DNA of 64,000 bases from Vulcanimicrobiota bacterium (lineage in GTDB: Bacteria > Vulcanimicrobiota > Vulcanimicrobiia > Vulcanimicrobiales > Vulcanimicrobiaceae), in the NCBI GenBank assembly GCA_963714015.1, contig OY970223.1, positions 576,001-640,000 of the forward strand, given 5' to 3'. This document shows, in pieces, positions 50,501-58,527 of the stretch. The notes under the pieces were generated by a model that searched no databases, was not told the origin of the DNA, and was given only the letters and a program-made list of their open reading frames with translations. The number at the start of each line of letters is the position of its first letter. The stretch's first letter is position 1. Made by a program: the position numbers and the translations under genes.

Positions 50501-51777
50501 GCGGTAAGTTTGTTGTCGCGCGCTTTTGCGACGAGTTCTTCGTATTTCGTGCGAAATCCGATGAAGTCGAGCGTGTCGGCGTTCTTGATCACGGGCACGA
50601 CCAGAAAACGCGTACCGTCTTTGCGCTCGGCGTCCACGGCGAGTCCCAGATGAATACCGGGTTCGACGCGCACCGGCCGGTCGCCGTCGCGGCGGAAGTG
50701 GTGCGTAATGAACGGCAATTCGTGCGCGGCGCGCACGAGCGCAAACGCAATGACGTGCGTGAACGAAACCTTCTCCGAACGGCCGGCGTTTTTGAGCGAA
50801 TTGACGAGTTCTTTGCGGCGAGCGTCCAGTACGTCGACCGGCAGCGTACGAAAACTCGTCGCGGTCGGAATCGTCAGGCTCTGCTCCATGTAGCCCGCCA
50901 GCGCCGCTGCGGGGCCTTTGAGCGGCGTGACTTTCGTTTCAGGCGCGAGCGCAGGCAGCTGCGGTTGCGGCGCAGTCGCAGGCGTTGATGAAACAACGGG
51001 CAGCGAAGGCGCTTGCTGCAAGACGTCCGCGCGCACGATCAATCCGTCCGGGCCCGAGCCGCGAATGCGCGCCACGTCGATGCCCAGCTTCTTGGCAAGA
51101 CGGCGGGCTTGCGCCGTCGCAATGGCCTGGCCGGTTCGCGAAGGCGCTTGCGCAACTGCGGCGGCCGGAGTTGCAGGTGCTTTGGCGCCGTTGACCTTTG
51201 CGGAACCGGTTTGAGCGGTGGGCTGCGCGTTCGCGTCGATTTCGGCGAGCGGCGCGCCGACGGAGATCGTCGCGCCCTCCGCGGCAACGATCTTGAGGAT
51301 AACGCCTGAAGCGGTGGCGGGGACTTCGACGTCGACTTTGTCGGTCGTTACGTTGACGATCGGATCGCCTTCGTTGACATAATCGCCTTCGCGTTTTTGC
51401 CACTCCACGATCGAGCCTTGGGTGACGGACTCGCCCATTTCGGGAAGCGTCACGGCAACGATGCGGGGATCGCGTTTTTCGGGGGCAGGCGAAGGCGGCG
51501 CGCTCTTTGCGCCGTTTCCGGATTTTATGGCGGCCGTGTCGATTTCAGCCAAAACGGCTCCGACCGAAACCGTCTGCCCTTCGTTCGCGAGGATTTGCGT
51601 TACGATGCCGGACGCGCTTGCGGGAACCTCGACATCGACTTTATCCGTCGTAACCTCGACCAGCGGATCGCCCTGCTCGATGTAGTCACCGACCCGCTTA
51701 CGCCATTCGACGATAGAGCCTTCGGTGACCGACTCCCCCATCTCGGGGAGGGTGACTTGAACCATCGTTTCAGGCAC
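47533..51777 (-). CDS. Fused 2-oxoglutarate dehydrogenase: 2 lipoyl domains + E3-binding domain + E2 catalytic domain + E1 (Kgd/OdhA-like)
   Basis: TTDKVDVEVP twice; ARRLAKKLGID..GSGPDG; TYDHRVIQGA; GMAHRGRL, NPSHLEAV, HGDAAF, GHNE.DEP, WEAQFGDF, PEHSSAR.ERFLQ. Confidence 0.93.
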   Translation of the reverse strand: MPETMVQVTLPEMGESVTEGSIVEWRKRVGDYIEQGDPLVEVTTDKVDVEVPASASGIVTQILANEGQTVSVGAVLAEIDTAAIKSGNGAKSAPPSPAPEKRDPRIVAVTLPEMGESVTQGSIVEWQKREGDYVNEGDPIVNVTTDKVDVEVPATASGVILKIVAAEGATISVGAPLAEIDANAQPTAQTGSAKVNGAKAPATPAAAVAQAPSRTGQAIATAQARRLAKKLGIDVARIRGSGPDGLIVRADVLQQAPSLPVVSSTPATAPQPQLPALAPETKVTPLKGPAAALAGYMEQSLTIPTATSFRTLPVDVLDARRKELVNSLKNAGRSEKVSFTHVIAFALVRAAHELPFITHHFRRDGDRPVRVEPGIHLGLAVDAERKDGTRFLVVPVIKNADTLDFIGFRTKYEELVAKARDNKLTADELQGASFTLTNPGGIGTAASVPRLMAGQGAIIAAGAIGYPAGFGNAGEQTLRSLRIGKIMQMTSTYDHRVIQGAQSGEYLKRVDELLHGKDGFYEAIFNSLGLQLAAQAQAEPQAAEISAEQAAAPAPSDEMLRAVAAGMAIVAAYRTHGHLAATLDPLGTQPIGDPSLEPGNWGLTPALQSAIPASVLRVKVPGDTLADVLPRLRDTYSSTIAYEVEHIANTEQREWLRDTIESGKHKVRLSNEQQIELLRRLTRVETFERYLRKSFLGQKTFSGEGLDVVVPMLEEILEMLAREGASNAVLGMAHRGRLATIAHVVNLPYEEILAEFEAANERGEVHGGEDVTGDVKYHHGAHGTYRALDGRAIAVTLANNPSHLEAVDPVVEGSARALQTDHTVPVPLQDKKKAAPILIHGDAAFIGQGIVSEVFNLQSLPGYDTGGTIHIIANNQVGFTTDPRDSRSTRYASDLAKGFDVPIIHVNADDVDACIWAARLAIEFRRKFGRDALIDVIGYRRFGHNEQDEPAYTQPEMYDRIKSHPSARELFANKLVAQGVLSKEQAEQLVGEATERLQEAHRGVKGHRDLAGMLAKLEIKAPLEAAPVERISRDRLLAWSDALVSVPDGFTINKKLQTQFDRRRALIAEKGIVDWGMSEALAFASLLSVGAPIRITGQDTERGTFSHRHAVLHDPKTGGSYVPMQHLPDAKASFEIRNSPLSEYACLGFEYGYSASVPRALVLWEAQFGDFNNGAQIIIDQFIVAGQAKWGQTARLTLLLPHGYEGMGPEHSSARLERFLQLAAEGNLRVANPTNAANYYHLLRQQATMPQPVPLVVMTPKSLLRQEGAAAQLDELAKGKFHPVIDDANVKDKAAIQRILLVSGKLYYDLIGHELYAKANKTAIVRIEQLSPLPYIEINDIIATYPRLKKLVWVQEEPKNMGARAYVRRRLLERRSDSLEIDYIGRPYRASPSEGYPGAHAVEQERIVKEALTE

Positions 51778-51978
51778 TGCGGCGACTCCGTACTTTCCCT
51801 AGCTTCTGCGCAAAACCGAACCAGGGGCTTTAACAGCGATCCGGCTTCCTCATCTTAGTCCAGGAGAGGGTTCCTTCCAATGACGATGCCATGCCAGATT
51901 TATGCTCTTAGCGTAATACTATGCCTAGGGGACGGGCTACCAGGCGTACGCAGGATACCGAGTGAGCGGGGCCCGGCA

Positions 51979-51987
51979 TGCTAAAAT
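51979..51987 (+). promoter_or_regulatory. Extended -10 promoter (TGCTAAAAT), probably leaderless
   Basis: TGnTAAAAT ending 6 nt before ATG 51994, no SD in between. Confidence 0.5.
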
Positions 51988-51993
51988 ACCCCC

Positions 51994-52164
51994 ATGGCAC
52001 AAAAGGGTAAGGGCGGCGATCCGGCCGGCCAGAAGTACGCGAGCACATTCGAATCGTTCGTGAACCGGACCGCGACGGCCCAGAAGGCCGATGTCGAAAA
52101 TCTCGAAACCGAGACAGAAAAGAAGCCGCGTGTCAGACGCAAGCCGAAGCAACGGGCGAAGTGA
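51994..52164 (+). CDS. Small hydrophilic protein with basic tail, 56 aa, absent from ORF track
   Basis: MAQKGKGGDPAGQKYASTFESFVNRTATAQKADVENLETETEKKPRVRRKPKQRAK; promoter-like motif directly upstream. Confidence 0.55.
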   Translation: MAQKGKGGDPAGQKYASTFESFVNRTATAQKADVENLETETEKKPRVRRKPKQRAK

Positions 52165-52174
52165 CACTCTTTAA

Positions 52175-52399
52175 GTGACTCATTTCCCGTCTTCATCACT
52201 CTGGACGCTACTAGTCACAGCCGTACTGCTACTCTTTTTCGGCTGGCGCGGAGTGACTGCGCCCACCGCTCTGATCCGAGGCGGGTTGGCCACGGAGCCA
52301 GCGGTAAAAACGGCGCGCCGAATGGGCTACGATGCTTGCTGCGGCACCGCCCTACTGATCTTTGACATCGTAAGCGCCCTGTCACGGCAAGCGTTTTAG
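52175..52399 (+). CDS. Small hypothetical membrane protein
   Basis: 74-aa ORF with hydrophobic ends, 10 nt after previous stop. Confidence 0.4.
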   Translation: MTHFPSSSLWTLLVTAVLLLFFGWRGVTAPTALIRGGLATEPAVKTARRMGYDACCGTALLIFDIVSALSRQAF

Positions 52400-52469
52400 T
52401 TCGCCGTTCATTCCTTCGGCTACTGTAGTCAAGGATATAATATGCTCTATGTGTAATGAATAGCGCGGC

Positions 52470-53351
52470 ATGGAACTGCAACAGCTGGAGTACTTTCGCG
52501 TCGTCGCGCGGATGGAGCACGTAACCCAGGCCGCCGAGGAACTGGGCATTACGCAGCCGGCACTGAGCCGGGCGGTGTCACGCCTCGAGCGCGACATCGG
52601 AGTGCCGCTGTTCGACCATCGCGGCCGGTCCGTGCGCCTGAACCGCTACGGAACGGCGTATCTGCGGCACGTCGATCGCGCCTTGGCCGCATTAGAAGAG
52701 GGCCGCCGGGAGTTGACGGACTTATCCGACCGCGAGTCCGGCGTCATCGCGTTTGGGTTCGCGCACGCGCTCGGAACGCGAGTCGTTCCCGATTTGATCG
52801 CCGCGTTTCGCTCCGATCATCCGCGCGCGCGGTTTCAACTGATGCAGAACGCGTCCCACATCATTCTGAGCGAATTGGAAGCGGGCGAGGTCGATCTTGC
52901 TTTGGTTTCACCGGTGCCGATAGCGAGCGATCGCATCGAATCGGTGGAGTCTGCTTCCGAAGAGCTGCTGTTAGCCGTGCCGTACGAGCATCGTTTTGCA
53001 AAGCGCAAATCGGTACGGCTCGCTGAATTGCGGGACGACACGTTCGTGTGTTTGCGGCGCGGCTATGGCCTTCGCGCTTTGACGGATGACTTTTGCGCTC
53101 GCGCGGGATTCGCTCCAAAGATCGCATTCGAAGGCGAGGAGATTGCGACGCTGCGAGGACTCGTAGCCGCGGGACTCGGCGTGGCAATCATTCCGGCCGC
53201 CGCCGAAATGGGACCGCCGGAGATTCGGATCAACGAGCCAATCTGCCGCCGCACCATCGGGTTATTATGGAATCCGTCACGTTATCAATCAGAGCTCACT
53301 CAGCAATTCCGGCATCACGTTTTATCGGGTTATAAAGCAATTACGGAATAG
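52470..53351 (+). CDS. LysR family transcriptional regulator
   Basis: MELQQLEYF...AAEELGITQPALSR.V.RLE..IG.PLF. Confidence 0.95.
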   Translation: MELQQLEYFRVVARMEHVTQAAEELGITQPALSRAVSRLERDIGVPLFDHRGRSVRLNRYGTAYLRHVDRALAALEEGRRELTDLSDRESGVIAFGFAHALGTRVVPDLIAAFRSDHPRARFQLMQNASHIILSELEAGEVDLALVSPVPIASDRIESVESASEELLLAVPYEHRFAKRKSVRLAELRDDTFVCLRRGYGLRALTDDFCARAGFAPKIAFEGEEIATLRGLVAAGLGVAIIPAAAEMGPPEIRINEPICRRTIGLLWNPSRYQSELTQQFRHHVLSGYKAITE

Positions 53352-53361
53352 AGGTTGGAGA

Positions 53362-54339
53362 TTAAGCGGAAGCGTGCGTGAAATGGGCGATCACCAGACT
53401 GCTGATCGCAATCAGTACCCAAAGGATTCCGCCGAGCGCGAGGGGGCGGAATCCGGCCTCTTTAAAGCCTTTCGCATCGGCGGAAAGGCCGACGGCGCTG
53501 AGTGCGACGATGATCAGAAAGAGCGCGGCTTTCGTCAACAAGGGATGCACCTGCGAGGGAATTGCACCGGTTGTGTTGATAATCGCGGCGAACAAAAACC
53601 AAAGAATGAACCACGGGATGATCTTGCGCCAATTCGCGCGTTCGCCGCCGCTGCGCGCCCTCCAAATTTTCTTGCCGGCGTAAAAGAGCACGATGGGCAC
53701 GATCAGCGCCGTTCGCGTAAGCTTGACGATAACGGCCTGATTTCCGGCAATGTGTCCGTACGTAAATGCCGCAGCCACGACCGAAGATGTGTCGTTGATA
53801 GCCGTACCGGCCCACAAGCCGAAACCATTCTGCGAGAGTTGAAGCCAGTGCCCCAGCCACGGGAACGTGAGCACCGCCGCGACGTTAAACAAGAATACCG
53901 TTGAGAGCGCATAGGCAACCTCGGCTTGGTTCACGTCAATCACGCTGGAGAGCGCCGCAATAGCCGACCCGCCGCAGATCGCGGTCCCGACACCGAGCAG
54001 GCGGCGCAGGTCACGATCGATGCCGAGCAGCTTTCCGAAAACGTAGGCGGCCGCTAGCGTGACAATAAGCGTGCCGAGCATCACGGGAAGTGAATGCTCA
54101 CCGGTCCGCCCGATCTCTCCCAGTTGCAGCGTCGCACCGAGCAAGACGATCGATGTCTGCAGAAGCTCTCTGCTCGCGAACCGGATTCCCGGCGCAGCCG
54201 CTTTGCCCGGTGGAACCATGACGGCGCATAGCATGCCGAGCACGATTCCAAACACCGGCCCCCCGACGACCGGCACGATCGTCCCGAGGGCATACGCAAG
54301 AACGGCGACGCAGATCGCCAACAGCAATCCTAAAAACAT
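53362..54339 (-). CDS. YeiH family (putative sulfate exporter) membrane protein
   Basis: GPVFGIVLG, GTAICGGSAIAA, GLWAGTAINDTSSVVAAA, VKLTR. Confidence 0.9.
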   Translation of the reverse strand: MFLGLLLAICVAVLAYALGTIVPVVGGPVFGIVLGMLCAVMVPPGKAAAPGIRFASRELLQTSIVLLGATLQLGEIGRTGEHSLPVMLGTLIVTLAAAYVFGKLLGIDRDLRRLLGVGTAICGGSAIAALSSVIDVNQAEVAYALSTVFLFNVAAVLTFPWLGHWLQLSQNGFGLWAGTAINDTSSVVAAAFTYGHIAGNQAVIVKLTRTALIVPIVLFYAGKKIWRARSGGERANWRKIIPWFILWFLFAAIINTTGAIPSQVHPLLTKAALFLIIVALSAVGLSADAKGFKEAGFRPLALGGILWVLIAISSLVIAHFTHASA

Positions 54340-54357
54340 CGACGCAACGTTTAGGGA

Positions 54358-55170
54358 CTAAAAGAACGAGGCCTGGTCGGGCGGGAAGACGATCGTCCGG
54401 TTTTTCTGAAACTTCGGCCGCGAGTGGCTCAAAACGAAAGCGGAGACGTCGTACGCTTCCCGGTCGCTCAAACTTCCGGGATCGTTCTGCGGCATGTTGT
54501 AACGCACGAACCCCGCCATCGTGTTGAGACGGTGCATGCCCGCGCCCCCGTTGAACGACGACGGTCCCCACAACGGTGGAAAGACCGGACCGTTCCCGGC
54601 GCCGCCCGCGCCATGGCACGCCGAGCATTTTTGCGCGTATACGGCACTTCCATGGTTGACGTCCGGTTTTCCGAGCGAGATTGAAGCCAGCTTCACCCGA
54701 GGATCGGGCGTTGCGCCGATGGCCGTACCGCGCGAAAGATATGTAATATATGCAACGATCGCAATCATCTCGCGGCTGTTGTAAGCTGGGGGATGCCCGT
54801 TCATGCTGTAAAGAAAGCACTCCGCCAAACGATCCTGCAGCGCTATTGCCCGGTTTGCGCGTTTGTTCCACTGCGGAAATTGCGCGGCGATACCGACGAA
54901 CGAACCACCGCGCGGCTTTGTTCCCGCGTTCACGTGGCACGCCGCGCAATCCATCTTCGCCCCGACATAGTTTCCCATGTGCGCCCGCGTGTGTTCGATC
55001 AGCTCGCGACCATACCGGATCAGCTCGCCGGCTTGCCCTTTGGGAAGCGCAGACGGATCGTAGATCGCTGCCGTAAGCGCGGCCGGGGGTGACGCCGTCG
55101 AACTAGGCGACGACGAACACGCGACCATTGCGAGAGCGATCGCCGCCAACCCGGAGTGCACGAGCTTCAT
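54358..55170 (-). CDS. tsdA: Dihaem cytochrome c, TsdA-type thiosulfate dehydrogenase/tetrathionate reductase (lipoprotein)
   Basis: Lipobox MVAC; CAACH and CSACH; RLAECFLYSMNG active-site Cys motif; FPPLWG..SFN.GAGM; NMP. Confidence 0.82.
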   Translation of the reverse strand: MKLVHSGLAAIALAMVACSSSPSSTASPPAALTAAIYDPSALPKGQAGELIRYGRELIEHTRAHMGNYVGAKMDCAACHVNAGTKPRGGSFVGIAAQFPQWNKRANRAIALQDRLAECFLYSMNGHPPAYNSREMIAIVAYITYLSRGTAIGATPDPRVKLASISLGKPDVNHGSAVYAQKCSACHGAGGAGNGPVFPPLWGPSSFNGGAGMHRLNTMAGFVRYNMPQNDPGSLSDREAYDVSAFVLSHSRPKFQKNRTIVFPPDQASFF

Positions 55171-55877
55171 ACGAAGACCGGTGTAATGTACGTGTAGTGA
55201 TGCCGCGCCTGGAGCACGGCAATCGTTGCGACCATCGACGGGACGACGTGCGTTCCGGGAATCAGATGCGTCAGGATGTCCGCGGCCACGTCCGAGGCGC
55301 TCGCCCCCCCCGGCGCAAATCCGCTCTTGATCAGCGCGCGCGACTGTTCTTCCACCGCGGTATGACAGGTAAGAAAGACCACGCCGCGGCTCTGAAGCGT
55401 CTGAATCGACGTGTCTTGATAGATGCTGTTCGGATCGTCCGGATCCGCGTTCGCGTCGGGCTTTTTCAGCGGAGCAAGAAAGACGTTCGACGTCACGGGG
55501 TTGCCTTGTGCATCCTTCAGTTTGAAGGCGTCGCCCAGCCGGTATTTCGCCCAGATTTCGTCGCTGTAGTTGTAGACTCCGGACGGACCGTGCGGCGCAA
55601 AAGCCATCGCGATCTCGGATGGGGCATGCCCGAAGCCGAATTGCAAACCGTTGAGGGCATTCTTGACGTTCGCGAAAATCTGGGGATGAAAGGAGACGGC
55701 CTCCCACAATTGCCGTATCTGCGTTTCCGGTTTGTCCACTACCGACTCGAACGCGGCTAAGTCGAAATCGGACTTCCGCTCGACCAGATGCGTTCCGCCC
55801 GGCACGCTGCCGGCGCGCGCTGCAGTGCTCGCGGCGGCGACTAGTGAGGCAGATGCCAAGAACGAGCTTCGTTTCAT
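55167..55877 (-). CDS. Tat-type secreted DsrE-like protein
   Basis: MKRSSFL Tat-like signal; single Cys in LQSRGVVFLTCHTA; VVPSMVATI..LQ..HYTY ending typical of DsrE-like folds. Confidence 0.6.
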   Translation of the reverse strand: MKRSSFLASASLVAAASTAARAGSVPGGTHLVERKSDFDLAAFESVVDKPETQIRQLWEAVSFHPQIFANVKNALNGLQFGFGHAPSEIAMAFAPHGPSGVYNYSDEIWAKYRLGDAFKLKDAQGNPVTSNVFLAPLKKPDANADPDDPNSIYQDTSIQTLQSRGVVFLTCHTAVEEQSRALIKSGFAPGGASASDVAADILTHLIPGTHVVPSMVATIAVLQARHHYTYITPVFV

Positions 55878-55967
55878 CGCAGGACCTCCACGCCGTCACA
55901 TTCGGCTGCGCACTACTAGAACATTGGACAGGCCGGAGCCTTCCGGCTCGAAAGCGAAGAATACGGA

Positions 55968-57185
55968 GTGACCACAATCTCACTCTTTGGAGCCGTATTC
56001 GCAGGCATCGCAGCGGGCGCCGTCGTGACTTGGCTCGTCATGCGCTCCATCGGCGGCGCGCATCTCGAGACGCTGGTCGAACGCGTCAAGGGCGAGCTGC
56101 ACGATGCGAACGCGCGCATCGCCGAAACGCAGCGCGATACGTTCTTGGCGCTCGCCGGCGAGCGTTTCGCGGCCGCCGAAGAACGCAGCAACGCCAAATT
56201 GAGCGAGCTCGTCACGCCGGTTCAGCAGAAACTGAGCGAGTTCGATTCGCTGGTCAAGGACCTGGAAAAGGAGCGCGTCGGCGCTTACGAAGGGCTGCGC
56301 GAGCAGATCGGCGGCCTGATCGAGCGCAGCGGCCGAATGGAAACTGCAGCTTCTCAGCTTGCCTCGGCGCTGCGGAATCCCACGACACGCGGTAAGTGGG
56401 GCGAGGTTCAACTGCGCCGCGTCGTCGAGCTGGCAGGCATGGAGCCGTACTGCGATTTCAACGAACAGCAGACGTTCGACACCGGCGATGAGCGCGGACG
56501 GCCCGACATGACCGTTGCGCTGCCCGGCAATGCAAAGATTTTCGTCGACGCGAAGGTTCCGTTGAGCGCCTATCTGGACGGCATCGAGGCTGCCGACGAA
56601 AGCCTTCGCCGGGAACGGCTTCGGGCGCACGCTTCCGCCTTCAAGTTGCACGTCGATTTGCTGGCGCGCAAACAGTATCAGCGCGCCGACGGTTCGGCTG
56701 ACTTCGTCGTGATGTTCGTCCCAGGCGAGGCATTTCTAAGCGCGGCATGCATCGAAAATCCCGAACTTATCGAGTACGGCGCATCGCGTGACGTCTACAT
56801 CGCAAGTCCGCTCACCCTCATGGCGCTGCTGCGTTCGTATGCGCTGGGATGGCAGCAGCGCGCGCAGGAGGAGAACGCCAAGAAGATCGCCGCGGCCGCG
56901 GCCGAGCTCTACGAACGCGTGCGCGTCTTCGCTCAGCACTTTGCCGGCATCGGCCTCTCGCTGCAGCGCGCGACCGAAGCCTATAACAAATCCATCGCTT
57001 CGATGGAGAGCCGCGTTCTGCCGCAAGGGCGCAAAATCAAGGAGCTCGCGTCCTTACCGGACGCGGAGCTCCCCGAGATTCAAGCGGTAGAGATCGCTCC
57101 TCGCGAGGTCACGGCGCTCGATGCCGATCCCCGCAAGAAACGGGCCAAACAGCCCAAGCTGTTCTCCGACGACACGGTAGCCTAA
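55968..57185 (+). CDS. rmuC: DNA recombination protein RmuC family
   Basis: N-terminal TM and coiled coil; RGKWGEVQL, RPD, VDAKVP, DFVVMFVPGE, SP.TL.ALL. Confidence 0.93.
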   Translation: MTTISLFGAVFAGIAAGAVVTWLVMRSIGGAHLETLVERVKGELHDANARIAETQRDTFLALAGERFAAAEERSNAKLSELVTPVQQKLSEFDSLVKDLEKERVGAYEGLREQIGGLIERSGRMETAASQLASALRNPTTRGKWGEVQLRRVVELAGMEPYCDFNEQQTFDTGDERGRPDMTVALPGNAKIFVDAKVPLSAYLDGIEAADESLRRERLRAHASAFKLHVDLLARKQYQRADGSADFVVMFVPGEAFLSAACIENPELIEYGASRDVYIASPLTLMALLRSYALGWQQRAQEENAKKIAAAAAELYERVRVFAQHFAGIGLSLQRATEAYNKSIASMESRVLPQGRKIKELASLPDAELPEIQAVEIAPREVTALDADPRKKRAKQPKLFSDDTVA

Positions 57186-57188
57186 TCG

Positions 57189-57734
57189 CTATTTCTGCGA
57201 GCCGGAGTTTTCTAGCCGTTTGAGCGCGTTCAGCGTATTCGCGACGTGCTGGTTAGGTTCCATGTTCGTGTACGTGTACGCGATCTTTCCATTGGGTGCG
57301 ATGACGTACGACGTGCGGTTCGCATATTTGGGATCCTGCGGCAGCACGGCGTCGTAGGCCTTAGCGACGGTTAAGTCGGGATCGGCCGCCACCGGAAACT
57401 TGCTGCGGCAAGCACTTACCGAAAACTTGTTGAGCGTGCCGATGTTGTCGTGCGAGACGCCGATGACCGTTGCGCCAAGCTTCTTGTATTGGCCGATGGC
57501 CGACGCAAAGTCGTGCGCTTCAATGGTGCAGCCGGTAGTAAAGGCCGCCGGATAAAAATAGAGCACGACGGGGCCTTTTTTGAGCGCACTGTCGAGATCG
57601 AATGCGAAGACCTTGCCGCCGATCGACGCCTGCGTTTTGAACTCCGGAGCGGTCGCACCGACGGACAGGCTGGCGAGAGCAGGTGCTGATGCCGCGGCAA
57701 CGAGAGTGAGTGCCGCGAAAAAACGACGATACAT
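57189..57734 (-). CDS. Secreted peroxiredoxin (BCP/PrxQ-like)
   Basis: Signal peptide; VVLYFYPAAFTTGCTIEA, VIGVS.D, RTSYVI. Confidence 0.9.
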   Translation of the reverse strand: MYRRFFAALTLVAAASAPALASLSVGATAPEFKTQASIGGKVFAFDLDSALKKGPVVLYFYPAAFTTGCTIEAHDFASAIGQYKKLGATVIGVSHDNIGTLNKFSVSACRSKFPVAADPDLTVAKAYDAVLPQDPKYANRTSYVIAPNGKIAYTYTNMEPNQHVANTLNALKRLENSGSQK

Positions 57735-57803
57735 AAATTGACTCCTCCGGTCTGAGGCTTTCATGGAAGCGCAACACCTCGCCTTCGGGGAAAGATGAGA
57801 TCC

Positions 57804-58527
57804 ATGGCAGACTGGTCGTCCTACTTCGCCCGTATGGAAGGTGCTCCGATATCAATCGCGGTTGACCTGGGGTTTCGTGACGCCGCGCCGGTCGATGACA
57901 AACCTGCGGCATACACAGTCGCGGTAGCGCTGCTGCAGCCCGACGAACACGGAATGACCACGGAAGACGAGTATCGCGCGCTGGGAAGGATCGAAGAAGA
58001 ACTAGCGGCTGCGCTGGAACCTCAGGGAATCGTCGAGGTGGGCCGCGTCACCGGTCGCGGCATGCGGACGTTCCATTATTACGGGCCGCAGGACCGGGAC
58101 TTTTCCTTGGCAGCGGCCGGCGTCATGGAAGCGCATCGCAATTACCGCTACCGCGCGATTTCGGCATCGGACCCCGGCTGGGCGATCTACACTTCGTACC
58201 TCTACCCGGACGAGCACCAGACTTGCTTTTGCGAACGATATGAAGGCGTTGCAGGCCTTATTGGACGCCGGCGACGACTTCGAGCGCGTGCGTCCGATCG
58301 AGCATACGATCCGTTTCGACGATATCGAAAAGCGAGACGTGTTTGCGCGCGCAATGGCGGATCACGGCTACGAGATCGAGGTCGACGACGGGATCAATAC
58401 GGTACGTTGCTGCCGCCGGGATACCATCGACCCGTTCAAGATTACCGAGATGCGCACTGCCCTCACGACGCTGGCGGAGGAGTTCGGCGGAATCTACTCA
58501 GGCTGGGCGACAGTCGTTCAACATTAA
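57804..58527 (+). CDS. DUF695 + RraB-like domain protein (+1 frameshift at 58221)
   Basis: W..Y, GM...EY..L..IEE, VGRVT, DP.W..Y..YLYP, then GDD...RPIEH, GIYSGWAT; deleting A58221 joins the frames. Confidence 0.75.

Noticed and set aside
51235..51765. Direct nucleotide repeat at the 5' end of the OGDH gene
   Set aside because: Explained by two diverged lipoyl domains; not a mobile element or exact assembly duplication.
51862..51984. AGGAGAGG followed by a 34-aa ORF (MTMPCQIYALSVILCLG...)
   Set aside because: No recognisable motif, atypical codon use and overlap with the neighbouring promoter; unsupported without homologues.
52420..52469. AT-rich LysR-type divergent promoter pointing left
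   Set aside because: No credible divergent target gene on the minus strand, and the binding box is too degenerate to call.
54358..55983. 541-aa ORF suggesting a long N-terminal extension or fusion on TsdA
   Set aside because: The extension is an alternative frame of the upstream Tat protein; TsdA has its own signal peptide at 55170.
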